This document shows, piece after piece, positions 60,255 through 64,000 of a stretch of DNA of 64,000 nucleotides. Numbering within the stretch: position 1 is the stretch's first letter; the number at the start of each line of letters is the position of its first letter. The translations under genes were made by a program, and so were the position numbers. Below the pieces are notes generated by a model, which made no database searches, had not been told where the DNA came from, and saw only the letters and a list, made by a program, of their open reading frames with translations. This DNA comes from Blastococcus saxobsidens DD2 (lineage in GTDB: Bacteria > Actinomycetota > Actinomycetes > Mycobacteriales > Geodermatophilaceae), in contig NC_016943.1 of assembly GCF_000284015.1 (NCBI RefSeq), positions 225,541 through 289,540 on the forward strand, read 5' to 3'.

Positions 60255-61787
60255 GTGCGCCCGACCCGACTCCTGTCCCTTGCCGCCGTCGGAGCGCTGA
60301 GCCTCACCGCCTGCAGCGGAGGTGGGGAGAGCGTCGACACCGGTGGTGGTGGTGGCGGTGGCGGTGGGGAGGAGACCCTCGTCGCCGCGGTCGGCGCGCA
60401 GCCCGACCAGTTCGATCCGCACGTCACCAGCGCCTACCCGAGCTTCCAGGTGCTGGAGAACGTGTACGACACCCTCGTCGTCCCGAACCCCGAGGACCTG
60501 ACGATGGAGCCGAGTCTGGCCACCGACTGGGAGATCAGCGAGGACGGGCTCACCTGGACGTTCGACCTGCGCGAGGGCGTGACGTTCCACGACGGCAGCG
60601 AGTTCGACGCCGCCGACGTCGTCTACTCCTACAACCGGATCATCGACGAGGAGCTCCAGAACGCCTACCGGTTCGAGAACGTCGAGTCGGTCGAGGCGGT
60701 GGATCCGCAGACCGTGCAGATCACGCTCTCCCAGCCCACGCCGAACCTGCTGGCGCTGATCGGTGGGTTCAAGGGGACGGCGATCATCCCCGAGGGGGCG
60801 GCCGAGGAGTACGACCTCACCACCGAGGCCGTGGGCACCGGGCCGTTCACGCTGGAGAGCTCGGACGCGAGCAGCACCGAGCTGGCCGCCTACGAGGACT
60901 ACTGGGGTGGCGCGCCGGAGCTCGCCGGCGTCGAGTTCCGATACATCACCGAGCCGGCCGCGGCGCTCACCGCGCTGGAGAACGGCGAGGTCGACTGGAC
61001 CGACAACATCCCGCCGCAGCAGATCGAGGCGCTGCAGGGCAACGAGGACGTCGAGGTGGCGAGCATCCCGAGCGTCGACTACTGGTACATGTCGATGAAC
61101 TTCGCGCGGGAGCCGTTCGGGAACCCGCTGGTGCGCCAGGCGATCGCGACGGCGATCGACCGCGAGGCGGTCACCGAGGCGGCCCGCTTCGGCGCGGCCC
61201 AGGCCAACCAGACGGCCATCCCCGAGGGCAACTTCTTCGCGTCGGACTACGCGCCGTTCGAGGCCGACGCCGAGGCGGCCCGCCAGCTGCTGGAGGAGTC
61301 CGGCGTCGAGCTGCCCATCGAGATGGGGTTGATGGTCACCGACGAGTTCCCCGAGACGGTGACCGCCGCCCAGGTCATCGCTGCCCAGCTGGAGCCGATC
61401 GGGATCGAGGTCGACGTCCAGACGGTGGACTTCGCCACCTGGCTGGACCGGCAGGCGCAGGGTGACTTCGACGCCTTCCTGCTGGGCTGGCTGGGCAACC
61501 TGGACCCGTTCGACTACTACCACTCGCAGCACATCACCGGCGGGGTGAACAACTACCAGGGCTACAGCAACCCGGAGGTCGACCGGCTCCTGCAGGCGGC
61601 CTCCAGCGAGACCGACCGCGAGACCCGCAAGGAGCTCTACAACGAGGCCGTGCAGATGATCGTCGACGACGTCTCGTACCTGTACCTCTACAACCCGAAC
61701 GTGGTGCAGGCCTGGGCGCCCGGCCTGACCGGCTACACCATCCGGCCGGACAAGGCGATCAACTTCGAGGACGTGGAGCTGCCCTGA
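60255..61787 (+). CDS. ABC transporter substrate-binding protein, family 5 (peptide/nickel type)
   Basis: Lipoprotein signal LTACSGG. SBP_bac_5 fold. Confidence 0.8.
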   Translation: MRPTRLLSLAAVGALSLTACSGGGESVDTGGGGGGGGGEETLVAAVGAQPDQFDPHVTSAYPSFQVLENVYDTLVVPNPEDLTMEPSLATDWEISEDGLTWTFDLREGVTFHDGSEFDAADVVYSYNRIIDEELQNAYRFENVESVEAVDPQTVQITLSQPTPNLLALIGGFKGTAIIPEGAAEEYDLTTEAVGTGPFTLESSDASSTELAAYEDYWGGAPELAGVEFRYITEPAAALTALENGEVDWTDNIPPQQIEALQGNEDVEVASIPSVDYWYMSMNFAREPFGNPLVRQAIATAIDREAVTEAARFGAAQANQTAIPEGNFFASDYAPFEADAEAARQLLEESGVELPIEMGLMVTDEFPETVTAAQVIAAQLEPIGIEVDVQTVDFATWLDRQAQGDFDAFLLGWLGNLDPFDYYHSQHITGGVNNYQGYSNPEVDRLLQAASSETDRETRKELYNEAVQMIVDDVSYLYLYNPNVVQAWAPGLTGYTIRPDKAINFEDVELP

Positions 61788-62725
61788 CCGGTTACCTGCT
61801 GCGGCGGGTCGGCCAGTCGGCCGTCGTCCTCGCCGGAGTGAGCGTCATCGTGTTCGCCCTGGTGCACTTCGTACCGGGCGATCCGGTGCGGCTCGCCCTG
61901 GGCACGCGGTTCTCCCAGGAGACCTACGACGCCCTCCGCGAGCGGTCCGGGCTCGACGAGCCGCTGGTCGAGCAGTTCTTCACCTGGTTCGGCCGGGCCC
62001 TGACCGGCGACCTCGGGGTGAGCTTCCGCAGCGGGGAGACGGTCACCTCGCAGATCGCCGAGCGGTTGCCGGCCACGCTGACGCTGGCCTTCGCCTCCAT
62101 CCTGGTGGCGCTGCTCATCGCGATCCCGCTCGGCACGATCTCCGCGCTGCGGCCGAGGTCGATCGCCGACCGCATCGCGACGGTGATCAGCCAGTTCGGC
62201 ATCTCGGTGCCCGACTTCTGGATGGCGATCGTGCTCATCCTGGTCTTCGCCGGGACGCTGGGCTGGCTGCCCTCGGGCGGGTACGTACCGCTGACCGAGG
62301 ACCCGGGCGCGTGGCTGCAGCGGCTGCTCATGCCGGCGCTGGTCACCGGCGTGGTGTCCGGTTCGGTGATCACCCGGTTCGTGCGCTCCAGCATGCTCGA
62401 GGCGCTGGGCTCCGACCACGTCCGGACGGCGCAGGCCAAGGGGCTGGGCACCCGGCAGGTGTTCACCTGGCACGTGCTGCGCAACGCGCTGCTCCCGCTG
62501 GTCACCGTGACCGGTGTGCAGCTGGCCTACCTGCTGTCCGGCGTCGTCGTCGTGGAGATCGTCTTCTCCTGGCCCGGGCTCGGGCAGCTCGCGCTCCAGG
62601 CCGTGGAGGCCCGCGACTACCCGGTCCTGCAGGGGGCGATCCTGCTGTTCGCGGTGGTGTTCCTGGTGATCAACCTGATCGTCGACCTGCTCTACACCGC
62701 CATCGACCCGCGGATCCGGCGATGA
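61784..62725 (+). CDS. ABC transporter permease (DppB/OppB-type)
   Basis: BPD permease with the EAA-like region ARSSMLEALGSDHVRTAQAKGL. Exact start uncertain. Confidence 0.7.
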   Translation: MTGYLLRRVGQSAVVLAGVSVIVFALVHFVPGDPVRLALGTRFSQETYDALRERSGLDEPLVEQFFTWFGRALTGDLGVSFRSGETVTSQIAERLPATLTLAFASILVALLIAIPLGTISALRPRSIADRIATVISQFGISVPDFWMAIVLILVFAGTLGWLPSGGYVPLTEDPGAWLQRLLMPALVTGVVSGSVITRFVRSSMLEALGSDHVRTAQAKGLGTRQVFTWHVLRNALLPLVTVTGVQLAYLLSGVVVVEIVFSWPGLGQLALQAVEARDYPVLQGAILLFAVVFLVINLIVDLLYTAIDPRIRR

Positions 62726-62771
62726 CACACCGCCGAGGCCTGCGGGCGACATCCAGCCGAGTCCTGCTGCC

Positions 62772-63770
62772 ATGAGCATCCAGCCGACACCCGGGCCCCC
62801 GCCTTACCAGGAGCCGGACGACGCGCGCCGACCGGAGACGCCGGAGGAGCCTCCCGGCGGGTCGCCGCAACGGGAGACGCGGTCCGAGCCGCCGTCGCTG
62901 CGCCCGGCCCGCCCCCGGTGGCGGGAGACGCTCAGCCTGCTGGCGCACAACCCGACAGCGGCGATCGCCTCGCTGGTGCTGCTGTTCATCGTGATCGTGG
63001 CGGTCTTCGACGACACGTTCGCCTCCGAGGGCGCCAACGACATCTCGGTGGACGAGCGGCTGCAGTCGCCCAGCTGGGCGCACCCCTTCGGCACCGACGA
63101 CCTGGGTCGCGACATCCTGAGCCGCGTCATCCTCGGCGCCTCGGTGTCGCTCAAGGTCGGCTTCCTCGCCGTCGGCTTCGCGCTCATCGCCGGCACCCTG
63201 ATCGGCCTGCTCGCCGGCTACTACGGCAAGTGGGTCGACGACGTCCTCATGCGGATCATGGACATGCTGTTCGCCTTCCCGGCCGTGCTGCTGGCGATCG
63301 CCGTGCTGGCCGTCCGCGGGCCCGGGTCGGGGAACACCGCGCTGGCGATCGGCATCGTCTACACGCCGATCTTCGCCCGCGTCACCCGGGCCAGCGTGCT
63401 CGGCGTGCGTGAGGAGGTGTACGTGCGGGCCTCCCGGTCGGTGGGGGCCTCGGACTGGCGGATCCTGACCCGGCACATCCTCCCGAACGCCGCGCCGCCG
63501 ATCATCGTGCAGACCTCGATCAGCCTGGCCTTCGCGGTGCTCGCCGAGGCGGCGCTGTCGTTCCTCGGCCTTGGCACCCAGCCGCCCGACCCGTCGTGGG
63601 GGCTGATGCTGGCCGAGGGGCGCGGCTACATCGAGCTGGCCTGGTGGCTGGCCTTCTTCCCCGGGATGGCGATCTTCCTGACCGTGCTCTGCTTCAACCT
63701 GCTCGGCGACGGGTTGCGGGACGCGCTGGACCCGCGGCAGCGCACGCTGATGGCCGGGGGCGGGAAATGA
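62772..63770 (+). CDS. ABC transporter permease (DppC/OppC-type)
   Basis: BPD permease with a Pro-rich N-terminal extension. Confidence 0.75.
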   Translation: MSIQPTPGPPPYQEPDDARRPETPEEPPGGSPQRETRSEPPSLRPARPRWRETLSLLAHNPTAAIASLVLLFIVIVAVFDDTFASEGANDISVDERLQSPSWAHPFGTDDLGRDILSRVILGASVSLKVGFLAVGFALIAGTLIGLLAGYYGKWVDDVLMRIMDMLFAFPAVLLAIAVLAVRGPGSGNTALAIGIVYTPIFARVTRASVLGVREEVYVRASRSVGASDWRILTRHILPNAAPPIIVQTSISLAFAVLAEAALSFLGLGTQPPDPSWGLMLAEGRGYIELAWWLAFFPGMAIFLTVLCFNLLGDGLRDALDPRQRTLMAGGGK

Positions 63771-64000
63771 GCGAGCCGGTGCTGGCGGTCGAGGACCTGC
63801 GGGTGCGGTTGCGCACGCCGCGGGGTCTGGCCGACGTCGTCAACGGGCTCTCGTACACCGTGGGCCCCGGCGAGACCGTCGCCGTGGTCGGGGAGTCCGG
63901 CAGCGGCAAGAGCGTCTCGGTGCTGGCGCTGCTGGGCCTGCTGCCGGCGCGGGTCGCGACGGTCACCGGGACGGCGCTGCTGCAGGGCGAGGACCTGCTG
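63768..64000 (+). CDS. ABC transporter ATP-binding protein (DppD-type), 5' part only
   Basis: Walker A GESGSGKS. ATG overlaps the upstream stop. Truncated by the window end. Confidence 0.7.

Overview
High-GC (about 73%) actinobacterial chromosome segment; the gene content (Bpa with C-terminal GQYL, class E sortase, FabG4/HtdX pair, TipAL-type MerR) resembles Geodermatophilaceae or Mycobacteriales. It is mostly core and accessory metabolism: a partial glpD; an OpuC-type osmoprotectant ABC importer; a TipAL-like MerR divergent from a haloalkane dehalogenase; pheA, serS, folP, HU and Bpa; a TetR/acyl-CoA oxidase/thiolase/FabG4/HtdX beta-oxidation island; a sortase E with an LAxTG FN3 surface protein; a lone HMG-CoA reductase next to a dipeptide epimerase and a DUF1611 gene; and a partial Dpp-type ABC importer. 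c-di-GMP signalling is dense (three GGDEF proteins, one EAL). The standout is a minus-strand locus at 12.9-19.1 kb. A TPR-GGDEF gene (AGDEF variant) is followed by a paralogous TPR-GGDEF ORF that reads on without a stop into a LarB-like (PurE-fold, nickel-pincer cofactor) domain, then five near-perfect 84-bp tandem repeats, then larC, with 4-bp start/stop overlaps at both ends of the repeat tract. Other non-genic structure includes two copies of a 60-bp element built from perfect 20-bp inverted repeats flanking a groES-like/zincin/guaB1 block, and a lower-GC HTH-antitoxin/PIN-toxin cassette with 9-bp direct repeats in its promoter. There are also a MerR operator-like palindrome, several long perfect hairpins between convergent genes, and a truncated MCP signalling domain read in-frame into an SPFH gene. 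No rRNA, tRNA, CRISPR or transposase was recognised. Many very long six-frame ORFs are high-GC artefacts.
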